From assembly GCA_963757165.1 (NCBI GenBank), contig CAVWQO010000002.1, positions 375,143 to 439,142 of the forward strand: a DNA stretch of 64,000 bases, given 5' to 3'. The notes below the pieces were generated by a model that did not search any database, was not told where the DNA came from, and worked only from the letters and a program-made list of their open reading frames with translations. Position 1 is the first letter of the stretch. Every line of letters starts with the position of its first letter. A program made the position numbers and the translations under genes. This document shows positions 47,836-56,863 of this stretch, piece by piece. Source of the stretch: an uncultured Solirubrobacterales bacterium (GTDB taxonomy: Bacteria > Actinomycetota > Thermoleophilia > Solirubrobacterales > Solirubrobacteraceae).

Positions 47836-49035
47836 TCAGAGCCCGTCGGGCATCCGTTGCCCGCGCCACGGCGCAGGCGCGGGCTCCCAGTTCTGCAACA
47901 CGTCGCGCGCGATCGCGAACAGCAGCGCGTCGTTGGCTCCCTCGCCGATCTGGGTCTGCGGGGCGTCGCGCCGCAGACGCGCCAACTCATCGCCGGCGGC
48001 GTACGAGCGGCTGGCGGCAAGCCGGGCCGCAGGCTCTATCGCCGCCACCGCGGTGTCGGAGGCGAACACCTTGGCAGCGATCGACAGCGCTTGTGCGTTG
48101 TCGGCGCGAGCGTCCACAGCGGCGGCCGCGCGCTGGGCCAGCGACTCCGCGGCCAACATCCGAACGTGCATCTCCCCGATCCGCAGCTGCGTGTGAGTGT
48201 GGTCACCCAGCACGCCCTCGCCGATCTCACGCTCAAGCGCCTCGCCGGCCGCCGTGGCGGAAATCCGGTCAAGGATCCCCAGGGCCCGGCATGCCACGTT
48301 GATGCGCCCGACGTCGAGCGCGTCCAGCATCTGGGCCGCGCCGTGGCCGGCGCCGTCCGAACCGCCGAGGATTTCGGCGTCAGGGGCGACGAAGTCGTCG
48401 AATCTGTACTGGGCCGATTCGACTCCGCGGTAGCCCACCTTGTCGAGACTCTCGGCTCGCCAACCGGCGCCACCCCGTCCCGCGGCCGGGAGGATCACAC
48501 ACGATGGCTTATCGGTTCCCTCCAACAGGACCAGCATGAAGATCACCTCGGCCGAGGCGCCGCCGGCGACCCAGCGCTTGGTGCCACTGAGGCGCAGCCC
48601 GCCATCACGGACCGGCGCAGCCTCGGTCTCCAACCGCTTGAGATCGCTGCCGGCTTGGGGTTCCGTGATGGAGAATGCAGCGATGATCTCGCCGCGCGCA
48701 AGTTGCGGGAGCCACCGCTGGCGCTGCTTCTCGCTGCCGTGGCGCGTAAGCAGGGCAGTGGCCAGTCCGGACGGATTGACCGCCCCGGTGAGCGAGATCC
48801 AGCCCTGCGAGAGCGTGCGCCAGATCGGCACCATCTCGAGCACCGAGTAGCCCGGGCCGCCATACTCTGGTGGGACCAAGGCACCCGCCAGCCCCAGGCC
48901 GATCAGGCGCTGATGTACGTGATCCGGAAGGCGGTCCTCGCGGTCCCACGCCTCGACGTTCGGCAGCACCTCCTCGGCGACGAACCACCGCACAGCCGCC
49001 AGCAGCGCCTCTGCGTCGGGGGGATGAGACATCAA
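47836..49035 (-). CDS. acyl-CoA dehydrogenase
   Basis: PPEYGG.G, AFSITEPQAGSD, RWVAGG, and a C-terminal helical domain with QIGEGANDA (the catalytic Glu region). Confidence 0.85.
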   Translation of the reverse strand: MMSHPPDAEALLAAVRWFVAEEVLPNVEAWDREDRLPDHVHQRLIGLGLAGALVPPEYGGPGYSVLEMVPIWRTLSQGWISLTGAVNPSGLATALLTRHGSEKQRQRWLPQLARGEIIAAFSITEPQAGSDLKRLETEAAPVRDGGLRLSGTKRWVAGGASAEVIFMLVLLEGTDKPSCVILPAAGRGGAGWRAESLDKVGYRGVESAQYRFDDFVAPDAEILGGSDGAGHGAAQMLDALDVGRINVACRALGILDRISATAAGEALEREIGEGVLGDHTHTQLRIGEMHVRMLAAESLAQRAAAAVDARADNAQALSIAAKVFASDTAVAAIEPAARLAASRSYAAGDELARLRRDAPQTQIGEGANDALLFAIARDVLQNWEPAPAPWRGQRMPDGL

Positions 49036-49041
49036 TGGCCT

Positions 49042-51403
49042 CTAGCGGAAGCTCGTCAGGAAACGTCGGGTCTGACGCCGGCTTCTAACCAGCCGGCCCT
49101 CGGCGATCCCGACCTCCTCGATCACGCCGCGGCGGACCTTCAGCACTCCGCGGACCGAGCGGCCTGCGGTGAGGTACCACGTGTTGCGACCGATCACAAA
49201 CGGAGCGCTGAGCCTGAGCCGGCGCGCGCTTGGCAGCCGCGCGCCGGGCCTGATGCCCCGCAGCGCGTAATAGTGGTTGGCGGTCAGAGCCACGACGACG
49301 CGCCCGCGGGCATACTCGGCGCGGATACCGCTCCCGGACAGGCAGAAGAAGTCCATCTCGCGCCGCCCGCGGGTCGAGCTCTGTACGAACGCCGCCCGGG
49401 ATTGAACGCGGGTCATCCCGAGGCTGACCGGTCCGAGGCTTCGTCCGCTCAAGCTACCGCTCGCGGCGGGGCATCCGAGCGGCGAAGAGCCGACCGGCTG
49501 CAGCCCGCCGGGCCGGCCCGGGGCGGCGGGGACCAGGGGCAGCTCAACGCTCGATGGATAGCGCGCGGAATGCTGCAATGCGTAGATGCCGCCGAGCAGA
49601 CCCGGCAGCTGCGTGACCGACGGCAGAGCGTGAGGGAAGTCCGAAGTCGCCACAGTGACGCGCAGCCGATGTCCCGGCGCGAGCGTGTCGACGGTGGGGA
49701 ACACCTCGACGTCGTAGCGGTTCACCTGTCCCGGCGTTGCCGGGGTCTGGGACGCCTTCGTGTAGGGGTGATAGGGAAGCAGCGGTTTGCCGTCGCCGGC
49801 AAACCAGCTGCGCGAGGCATCGAGGGCCCGCTGGTTGCCCTCGAGCAGTCCTGAGGTCAGGGCGGTCGCGTTTCCGTCGGGCGCGACGTCGGAGAGTTGG
49901 AGAACCCATTCGCTGTCGGCCGTGGTGCTCGCGGCATATAGCGTGGCCCCGATCGGACCGGCCAGGGTGACCGGCATGCTGAACGGGGCGGTCGTGTAGC
50001 TCTGCGTGCCCGGCCCGAGCTGGGACAGGTTCACACTCTGCGTGCAGGGATCGTTCAGCTTGAAGAACGACAGCGGCCAGCGCTCCGAGTCCGGCGGCCC
50101 ACTGCTCGGTTGAGCTTGTGCACGGGACCTGGGTACCCGTGAACACGAGCGGATCGGACGAGGCTGCAGCCGGCGGAGCCGTCGTCGCCAGCCCCCCGGA
50201 GGGACGTAGGTAGTAGGTGGTGGGCTTGGCCTGGTCCAGCGGGTAGCGCGACGCTTCGGCGTATCTGCCCGTGGCCAGGTCCTCGAGGTGCATCGGTGTG
50301 GAGGTATCGGTTATCCCGGTGTCGATCCCCTTGAGCCAGTGGTCAAACCAGGCCAGCTCGACACCGGGCAGGTCTAGACCGTGGTAGCTGAGGCCCATCC
50401 CGGCGGTGACGTGGTACCACGGGCCCTGGATCAGCTGGTAGCGGGGCGTGACGGGCTGCCGCGGGGTCATCGCCGCCAGCACGGGGCGGTGCACGTAGGC
50501 GTTCTGGAAGCCCGAGTAATTCAGGAGCTCGCCGCGCTGAAACAGGTCGTACCACCCGCCGACCAGGAAGGCGGGAATCCGATCACGGACGATCGCCTCG
50601 ATCAGCCCCACCGGATTACGGGCCCCCCAGTACGCCTGGTCGTAGGCCTGATCGCCGCCGGTCTCGACGCCGGCCACGAGCGCTGCATCGAACGTCGAGA
50701 GGTCATGGACGTGCTCGGCCAGCGCCTTGGCCAGATCGGGATTGTGCTCCTGCGCCGGGAGCAGCAGATTCAGGCCGGCCGTCATACCCAGGTACAGGCC
50801 GGAGAACTCGATGTCCGGAAAGCCCCCGGCGAACGCCGTGTCGCGGTACAGGTCGTTGCCGGAGATGATCGGGAACATCGCTTTGACGTGGGTGGGGCCG
50901 GCATCGACGGCGGTGGCGAACTGGTTGATCCCGAGGTAGGAGGGGCCGAACAGGCCGACCTTGCCGTCGGAGTGCGGCAACCTGGCCGCCCAGGAGACGA
51001 GCGTGGCGCCGTCATGGCCCTGGACGGGATCAAACAGGCCCCACTCGCCCTGCGAGCCACCCGTGCCCCGCACGTCCGCGACCACGTCGATGTAGCCGCG
51101 CTTGACCAGGTAATCATTCTCTCCCGCCCCGAGCGCGCCCGAGAACGCGCCGTTGTCCTTGCCGTAGGGGGTCTGGGTCAGGATCACCGGGAAGGGCCCC
51201 GGGGCCGCTCTACCGGACCTGTCGGTTGGGTAGTAGACATTCGCGCGGAGTACCGTGCCGTCCGCGGCCCGCACGGCGAAGTTGGTCTGCGAGCCGACGC
51301 CGTAGCTCGCCGGCTGTGGCTGCCAGGCCTCCGCCGCGGGGACGCCCAGCGCACACACGAGCAGCGAAGCGATGAGTGCTCCGAGCCACCGAACCGGTTT
51401 CAC
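49042..51403 (-). pseudogene. CocE/NonD-family (S15 X-Pro dipeptidyl-peptidase-like) hydrolase, split by a frameshift
   Basis: The N-terminal frame (51403 down to about 50080) has a signal peptide, PVILTQTPYGK, VADVRGTGGSQG (nucleophile elbow) and HWLKG, then decays into Arg-rich nonsense after ...STEQWAAGLGA. The +1 frame continues as ..FFKLNDPCTQSVNLSQLGPGTQSYTTAPF...LQLSDVAPDG... (the C-terminal beta-sandwich domain) down to 49042. Confidence 0.75.
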
Positions 51404-51500
51404 CGTGACGCGACCATCCTCCCGTGCGCGGGCAGTCTAGCCCTACAGCTTCGTCACAGCTCCAGCGGCCGGAACGCCCTGGTGTCAGAATCGGTGGACG

Positions 51501-52556
51501 ATGAGCGACGAGGCGATCACGATCGGCTACGAGCACCCCACCGGAGCGGTGGCGGAGGCCTTCGCGGAGCGGATCCGGGCGCGGGAGGAGCGGGAGCTCG
51601 TGCCCGCAGCGACCCCCTCGTACCCCGCGCACCGCGTTATCGATGAGCCGGACTGCGGGCTGCGCACTCCCTTCCAGCGCGACCGCGATCGGATCGTCCA
51701 CTCCAAGGCGTTTCGGCGCCTGAAGCACAAGACGCAGGTGTTCGTGTCTCCGGTCGGGGATCACTACCGCACTCGCCTGACCCACACGCTTGAGGTGACG
51801 CAGGTCTCCCGTACCGTCGCACGGGCCCTGGCCCTCAACGAGGATCTCGTCGAGGCGATCGGCCTCGGTCACGATCTCGGCCATCCGCCGTTCGGTCACA
51901 TCGGCGAAGACGCATTGCACCGCTGCCTGGGGGAGCGCTTCGGCGCCTCGTTCCTGCACCACGAGCATTCACTGCGGGTGGTCGACACGCTCGAACGCGA
52001 CGGGCAGGGCCTCAACCTGACCCTGCCCGTCCGCGATGGCATCCTCGGCCACTCAGGACGCGCACCTCAGCCCGCGACGCTGGAGGGCAAGATCGTCCGG
52101 CTCGTCGACCGGATCGCCTATATCAACCATGACATCGATGACGCGCTGCGAGCGGGGGCGATCGCGGCGGCCGACCTGCCACAAGGGCCGATCGAGATCC
52201 TGGGGGGGACGGGCCCGCGCCGCATCGACACGCTCGTTCACGATCTCGTCGAGCACTCCGAGTCGGCCGGAGACATCGTCCAGAGCGAGCGTGTCGGCGG
52301 CGCGATGTCCGAACTGCGCCGGTTCATGTTCGAGCGCGTCTACCTCGGTCCGGAGGCCACCCGTGAAGGCGAGAAGATCGAGATCGTCGTCCGAACCCTG
52401 TTCGAGCACCTGTGCGCTCACCCGGAGGAGATCCCGGCCTCGATCCCCGACGGCGAGTTGCCGAGGCGGGTCACCGATTATCTGGCCGGCATGACCGACC
52501 GCTTCTGCATTCAGGAGTTCCAAGCCCTGACCGTCCCGGTCGCCTTCGCGCCGTGA
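51501..52556 (+). CDS. dgt: dGTP triphosphohydrolase-like HD-domain protein
   Basis: FQRDRDRI.HS.AFRRLK.KTQVF, RTRLTHTLEV.QV.R, GHDLGHPPFGH, and INHDIDD. The conserved dgt-dnaG pairing is present. Confidence 0.9.
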   Translation: MSDEAITIGYEHPTGAVAEAFAERIRAREERELVPAATPSYPAHRVIDEPDCGLRTPFQRDRDRIVHSKAFRRLKHKTQVFVSPVGDHYRTRLTHTLEVTQVSRTVARALALNEDLVEAIGLGHDLGHPPFGHIGEDALHRCLGERFGASFLHHEHSLRVVDTLERDGQGLNLTLPVRDGILGHSGRAPQPATLEGKIVRLVDRIAYINHDIDDALRAGAIAAADLPQGPIEILGGTGPRRIDTLVHDLVEHSESAGDIVQSERVGGAMSELRRFMFERVYLGPEATREGEKIEIVVRTLFEHLCAHPEEIPASIPDGELPRRVTDYLAGMTDRFCIQEFQALTVPVAFAP

Positions 52557-54370
52557 GCCGCTACACCGCTGACTCACGTGACCGCGTCGTCGATGCGGTC
52601 GACATGCTGGCGCTGATCGGGACGCGCGTCGACCTTCGTCGCGCCGGCGTCGACAGCTACTTCGGTAACTGTCCGTTCCACGACGAGCGCACCGGGTCGT
52701 TTCACGTGCGCCCGGAGCAGAAGCACTACTACTGCTTCGGTTGTCATGTCTCCGGGGATCCGTTCACGTTCGTCATGGAGACCGAGGGCCTGGACTTCAA
52801 GGGCGCGCTTGAGTCGCTGGCCGACCGTTTCGGGGTGCGGCTGGAGACCGAGGACGAGGACCCGGCCGCAGCGTCCAAGCGCGAGCGCCGTGAGCGTCTG
52901 TACAGCCTCCTCGGCCGCGCGGCCACCTACTACGCGCGGTATCTGTGGGAGGCCCAAGAAGCGGCGCCGGCCCGCGAGTATCTGCTCGGCCGCGGTCTGA
53001 CCGAGGAAACGCTGCGCGAGTTCCGGGTCGGCTACGCGCCGAGCGCCTGGGACCGGATCCTGCGCGCCTCGCGCAGTTCCGGGTTCAGCGACGAGGACCT
53101 GCTGGCGGCTGGACTGGTCCAGCGCTCCAAAGCCCGCCAGGGCCAGGTGTATGACCGCTTCCGCGAGCGGATCATGTTCCCCTCCGCCGACTCACGCGGA
53201 CGCGTGCGCGGCTTCGGCGCCCGCGCGATGCGGGACAACCAGCGCCCGAAGTACCTCAACACTTCCGACAGCGACCTGTACCACAAGCGCAGCCAGTTGT
53301 TCGGTATCGACCTCGCACGCTCGACCGCCGCCCGCGCCGGCCGGATGATCCTCGTCGAGGGCTACACCGACGTGCTGGCTTTGCACCAGGCGGGACTACG
53401 CAACGCGGTGGGAATCATGGGCACCGCCCTGACCGAGGAGCAGGTCCGTGAGCTCGAGCGGGTGGTTCAGGTGCTCGTGCTGTGCCTGGATGCCGATCGC
53501 GCCGGGCAGGAGGCGATGCTGCGGGCCGCGCGGCTGGCCGCCGGCAGCAAGCTGGAGCTCCGGGTCGTGCCGCTGCCTGACGGGACGGATCCCGCCGAAC
53601 TGGTCGAGCGTGAAGGAGCTGACGCGCTGAAAGCGCTTGTTGAGAGGTCGGTCCCGTTCGTGGTCTTCCACGTTGAGCGGATCCTCGAGCGGGCGGACCT
53701 GGGCAGCGCAGAGGGGCGGGGTCGCGCGCTGGAAGAGCTACGTCCGGTGCTGGCCGAGGTTCCGGCCGGGGTGCTGCGTGACGAGCTGGCCCGGCAGGTG
53801 GCCGGCCGCCTGGAGTTGAGCGAGGCTCGCCTGGCCTCGCTGCTCGATGGCGCTCCGGCCCCGGCCCGTGCGGGCGCGGGCGGCGCGGGGGGCCCGGCAG
53901 GGGCAGGGGCGAGAGCCGGGGCAGCGGATCGGACTCCCACGGCGCCAGCGATTGACCAGAGCCTCCGCGCGGAGCGGGACTTCCTGGCCCTGTGCATCGC
54001 CCTGCCGCAGGCGGGAGGCGAGATGCTGGCCGCGATCGACCCCGATGAGCTGCTGACCAGCGAGGTGCTGCGCCGCGCCGCCCGGCACCTGCGTGAGCGG
54101 ATCGATGCGCCGCTGTCCGAGTTGCCGCCCGACGACGACGCTCTGGCCAGGTCGGTGGCCGACCTGGTCGCCCTTGCCGGACGCGGCCGCGGCCCGAGCC
54201 CCGAGCGCCTGGAGCACGCCCAGCTCGTGCTGGAGCGAGCTCGGATCGATCGTGCCATTGCTCGCGGCCGCGTGCGGGGCGGCTCTGGCATCAGCGAGCT
54301 GGCCCACGTGCGTGAGCAGATCCTGAAGCGGATTCACGATGTCGTGGCCCGCCTGGAGGGCGCGTTGTAG
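52553..54370 (+). CDS. dnaG: DNA primase
   Basis: ORF 52412 is trimmed to the GTG at 52553 (GTGA overlap). Zinc finger CPFHDERTGSFHV....YYCFGC, RIMFP, KYLN, TOPRIM EGYTDV, and LDAD.AG. Confidence 0.93.
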   Translation: MSRYTADSRDRVVDAVDMLALIGTRVDLRRAGVDSYFGNCPFHDERTGSFHVRPEQKHYYCFGCHVSGDPFTFVMETEGLDFKGALESLADRFGVRLETEDEDPAAASKRERRERLYSLLGRAATYYARYLWEAQEAAPAREYLLGRGLTEETLREFRVGYAPSAWDRILRASRSSGFSDEDLLAAGLVQRSKARQGQVYDRFRERIMFPSADSRGRVRGFGARAMRDNQRPKYLNTSDSDLYHKRSQLFGIDLARSTAARAGRMILVEGYTDVLALHQAGLRNAVGIMGTALTEEQVRELERVVQVLVLCLDADRAGQEAMLRAARLAAGSKLELRVVPLPDGTDPAELVEREGADALKALVERSVPFVVFHVERILERADLGSAEGRGRALEELRPVLAEVPAGVLRDELARQVAGRLELSEARLASLLDGAPAPARAGAGGAGGPAGAGARAGAADRTPTAPAIDQSLRAERDFLALCIALPQAGGEMLAAIDPDELLTSEVLRRAARHLRERIDAPLSELPPDDDALARSVADLVALAGRGRGPSPERLEHAQLVLERARIDRAIARGRVRGGSGISELAHVREQILKRIHDVVARLEGAL

Positions 54371-54429
54371 TCGCCTTGGCGTAGCGGACCATGCGATGAT
54401 CCGTCCGGTCAGGATGCGAACATACGTTC

Positions 54430-55044
54430 GTGACGAATCAAGAGGAAGGGAGCCACGGCGATAGCTTTAGCCGCGTAGGGATCGAGCGAGAGCGAATGGA
54501 GACGCTCGTCGCGGAAGGGCGGAGCATCGCGGAGATCGCGGCCGAACTGGATCGGTCCAAAGCGACGATCAGATACTGGCTGCGGAAGTGGGATCTGAAG
54601 ACGCTCCGGGCGCGGCGCCACGAGGCCATCCGTGACGGCCTCCTCGAAAGCGAGTTTCATCCGCGGCGCCGGGTCATGATCTGCCAAAAGCATGGGCAGG
54701 CAATGTTCGCGCTGGAGGGCCGGGGCTACTACCGATGCGTTCGTTGCCGCTCTGAATCTGTAGCGGAGCATCGACGACGGGTCAAAGAGACCCTGGTTGC
54801 TGAGGCGGGAGGTCGGTGCGCAGCGTGCGGCTACGACCGCCACTTACGCGCGCTGGAGTTTCACCACCTTGACCCGCGGGAGAAGCGTCTCGGGCTGAGT
54901 GCCGGGGGTGTGACGCTTTCGCTCCAGGCACTTCGAGCAGAGGCCGCGAAATGCGTGCTGCTGTGCTCGAACTGTCATGCGGAAGTCGAAGACGGAGTGA
55001 TCACGCTCCCGATACAGTGGGCGGCAGGTTCACCGGAACCCTGA
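54430..55044 (+). CDS. HTH plus zinc-finger plus HNH-nuclease-like protein
   Basis: N-terminal HTH (GRSIAEIAAELDRSKATIRYWLRKW), CxxH...CxxC cluster, and C-terminal C.ACGYDRHLRALEFHHLDP.EK......(N27)..CVLLCSNCHAEVE (an HNH/His-Me-finger-like pattern). Alternative start ATG 54496. The 5' region is visibly lower in GC. Confidence 0.65.
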   Translation: MTNQEEGSHGDSFSRVGIERERMETLVAEGRSIAEIAAELDRSKATIRYWLRKWDLKTLRARRHEAIRDGLLESEFHPRRRVMICQKHGQAMFALEGRGYYRCVRCRSESVAEHRRRVKETLVAEAGGRCAACGYDRHLRALEFHHLDPREKRLGLSAGGVTLSLQALRAEAAKCVLLCSNCHAEVEDGVITLPIQWAAGSPEP

Positions 55045-55052
55045 TGGATCGA

Positions 55053-55124
55053 TCCGGGGTAGCTCAATGGCAGAGCGAACGGCTGTTAACCGTTAGGTTG
55101 TGGGTTCGAGTCCCACCCCCGGAG
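55053..55124 (+). tRNA. tRNA-Asn (anticodon GTT)
   Basis: Hand-folded cloverleaf. Acceptor TCCGGGG/CCCCGGA, D arm GCTC-AATGGCA-GAGC, anticodon arm AACGG-CTGTTAA-CCGTT (GTT at 55085-55087), T arm GTGGG-TTCGAGT-CCCAC, discriminator G. CCA is not encoded. Confidence 0.93.
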
Positions 55125-55200
55125 CTTCACGAGTCCTGCCCTCGCCTGCCCGGCAGCCCGGCAGCACCCGCACGGCCGGCGCCCGGTAGGGTTCGCGGCG

Positions 55201-55485
55201 ATGAAGCTCTACGTCTGTTACGGAACCTGGAAGCCGGCACCTCGGCCGGGTGGGCACCCTTGTGGCACCGCTTACCACGCGCTGGTCGACGCGGGCCACC
55301 GGCCTGAGGTGATCCGCACCTACGGCCTGGGCATCCTGCCCGAAGCCCTGAACTTCACCCCCGGTCGGCGGGAGGTCAAACGGCTGACCGGCAACCAATG
55401 GGTTCCCGTGCTGGTGACCGACGACCAGCAGGTCGTGCAGGGCTCACGGAAGATTGCGGACTGGGCTCAGGCGCATCCGGCGTGA
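55201..55485 (+). CDS. thioredoxin-fold (glutaredoxin/GST-N-like) protein
   Basis: 94 aa: MKLYVCYGTW......HPCG.A..AL..AG...EV.........(N20)...TG...VPVLV.DD..V..GS..I..W. This is a Grx2/GST-N-like beta-alpha-beta ... cis-Pro (VPVL) layout without a CxxC. Confidence 0.5.
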   Translation: MKLYVCYGTWKPAPRPGGHPCGTAYHALVDAGHRPEVIRTYGLGILPEALNFTPGRREVKRLTGNQWVPVLVTDDQQVVQGSRKIADWAQAHPA

Positions 55486-55670
55486 GAGCGGGGCTGACCA
55501 CCGCTGAGTTGCAGCGCTGGGAGGAACATGGCGGCACCTGGCGCGTCACGGAGATCACCGATCAACGGGTCCAGGTTGAGCTTTGCAGCTGTTACGGGGA
55601 GCCCGTCGACATGAGGGCCGGCGAGTCCGCGGAGGTCATCGAGTACGTGCGACGTGCTCAGCCCGTCTGA
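55482..55670 (+). CDS. small hypothetical protein
   Basis: 62 aa from the GTG that overlaps the preceding stop (GTGA): VRAGLTTAELQRWEEHGGTWRVTEITDQRVQVELCSCYGEPVD.... Its 3' end overlaps the convergent GT1 gene by 13 nt. Confidence 0.35.
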   Translation: MRAGLTTAELQRWEEHGGTWRVTEITDQRVQVELCSCYGEPVDMRAGESAEVIEYVRRAQPV

Positions 55671-56863
55671 GCCAGCTTCTCCACTAGCTGGGCGGCGCGG
55701 GTGGCGCCGTCGTTGACCTCGGCCCAGGTCTCGAGGGCCCCCGCACGGGCCATCAACGCTGGATCCTCCAGCACGCGCTGGAGCGCGAGTCGTAACGTAG
55801 CCGGTCCCAGCAGCCGCCACGGCAGTCTGACTCCTACGCCGGCCCAATCGACCCGGGCCGCGTTCTCGCCCATGTCGCCGGAATGCGGGATCGCCAACAC
55901 GGGCGCGCCGGAGGCGAGCGCCCGTACGACCGTCCCGTGACCGGCGTGGCTGATGACGGCGGCGCACCGCGGCATCGTGCGCGAGTAGGAGATCCAGTCG
56001 ACCAGCTTGACGTTCGCGGGCACGGAGGCCGGGCGCTTCAGCGGCTTGCGGTTCGTGGCCGCCAGGACGCGGACGGGCGCTCTGCCCAAGCCCAGGAGAG
56101 CTGTTCGCAGGAGCTCGTGGTCGGGATCCTGGGCGGTCGAAACGGCCACCAGCACCAGCGGCTCATCGCCCGGCGGCGGCTCGGTGTCCTCGTAGGGCGG
56201 TTCCCACAGCAGCGGTCCGACGATGTTGACCTCCGGCGGCCATTCACGCGGGTATTCGAGCTGCGGAAACGTGGCGACGAGACACAGCCGGTCGCTGAGG
56301 CCGCCGTGCAGACGCGTCACGGGCGGGAGCCCGAGTTGGGCGCGGGTGTCGTTGAGTTCCGCCCGCCCCCGGCGCAGTCCGGCCTCGACCGGCCGCTCCA
56401 GCGCTCGCCAGAGAATCCGGCCCGCGGCGGACCGCGGCATCCGGGCGCCGAACGCATACGGAGGCGATCCGGGCGCGCTGGAGGGATGCACATGGGGGAT
56501 CAGCGTCGCCACCGGGATCCCTTCCAACTCCCCGGCCATCGCCGGTGCGAGCGTGAGGATGTCGTGGACCACGACCTGGGGCGCTGCCGCTCGCACCGCG
56601 GTACGGGTCTGCGAGGTGGCCAGCACCACCGCCTCGTAAGGCTTCAGCGGTCGCTCGCGGGTTGGGAACACCGGGTACTCCGGCGCGGCGACGAAGCTCA
56701 TACCCGCGTTCTCGACGTGCTCGCGCCAGCGCTTCCACGTCTCGAAGGTGACCTCGTGGCCGCGGGCGACCAGTCGCGTCCCCAGGGCGAGCATCGGGAA
56801 CGCGTGCCCGGGGTCGCCGAAGGCCCCGAGGAAGATTCGCAGCGGAGCCGCAGCGCTGCTCAA
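55658..56863 (-). CDS. GT1-family (MGT/UGT-type) glycosyltransferase
   Basis: N-terminal GDPGHAFPMLALG..L..RGHEVTF, and the C-terminal nucleotide-sugar motif ISHAGHGTVVRALASGAPVLAIP. Confidence 0.8.
   Translation of the reverse strand: MSSAAAPLRIFLGAFGDPGHAFPMLALGTRLVARGHEVTFETWKRWREHVENAGMSFVAAPEYPVFPTRERPLKPYEAVVLATSQTRTAVRAAAPQVVVHDILTLAPAMAGELEGIPVATLIPHVHPSSAPGSPPYAFGARMPRSAAGRILWRALERPVEAGLRRGRAELNDTRAQLGLPPVTRLHGGLSDRLCLVATFPQLEYPREWPPEVNIVGPLLWEPPYEDTEPPPGDEPLVLVAVSTAQDPDHELLRTALLGLGRAPVRVLAATNRKPLKRPASVPANVKLVDWISYSRTMPRCAAVISHAGHGTVVRALASGAPVLAIPHSGDMGENAARVDWAGVGVRLPWRLLGPATLRLALQRVLEDPALMARAGALETWAEVNDGATRAAQLVEKLAQTG

Noticed and set aside
47857-49854. Very long alternative ORFs antisense or out of frame to real genes. 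Examples are 47857..49854 (665 aa), 14872..16134, 24505..25644, 11685..12842, 4672..5982 and 55883..57130.
   Set aside because: Each overlaps a gene with unambiguous family motifs on the other strand or frame. Their translations are Arg/Ala/Gly/Pro-rich with no motifs. This is the usual stop-codon-poor artefact of GC-rich DNA.
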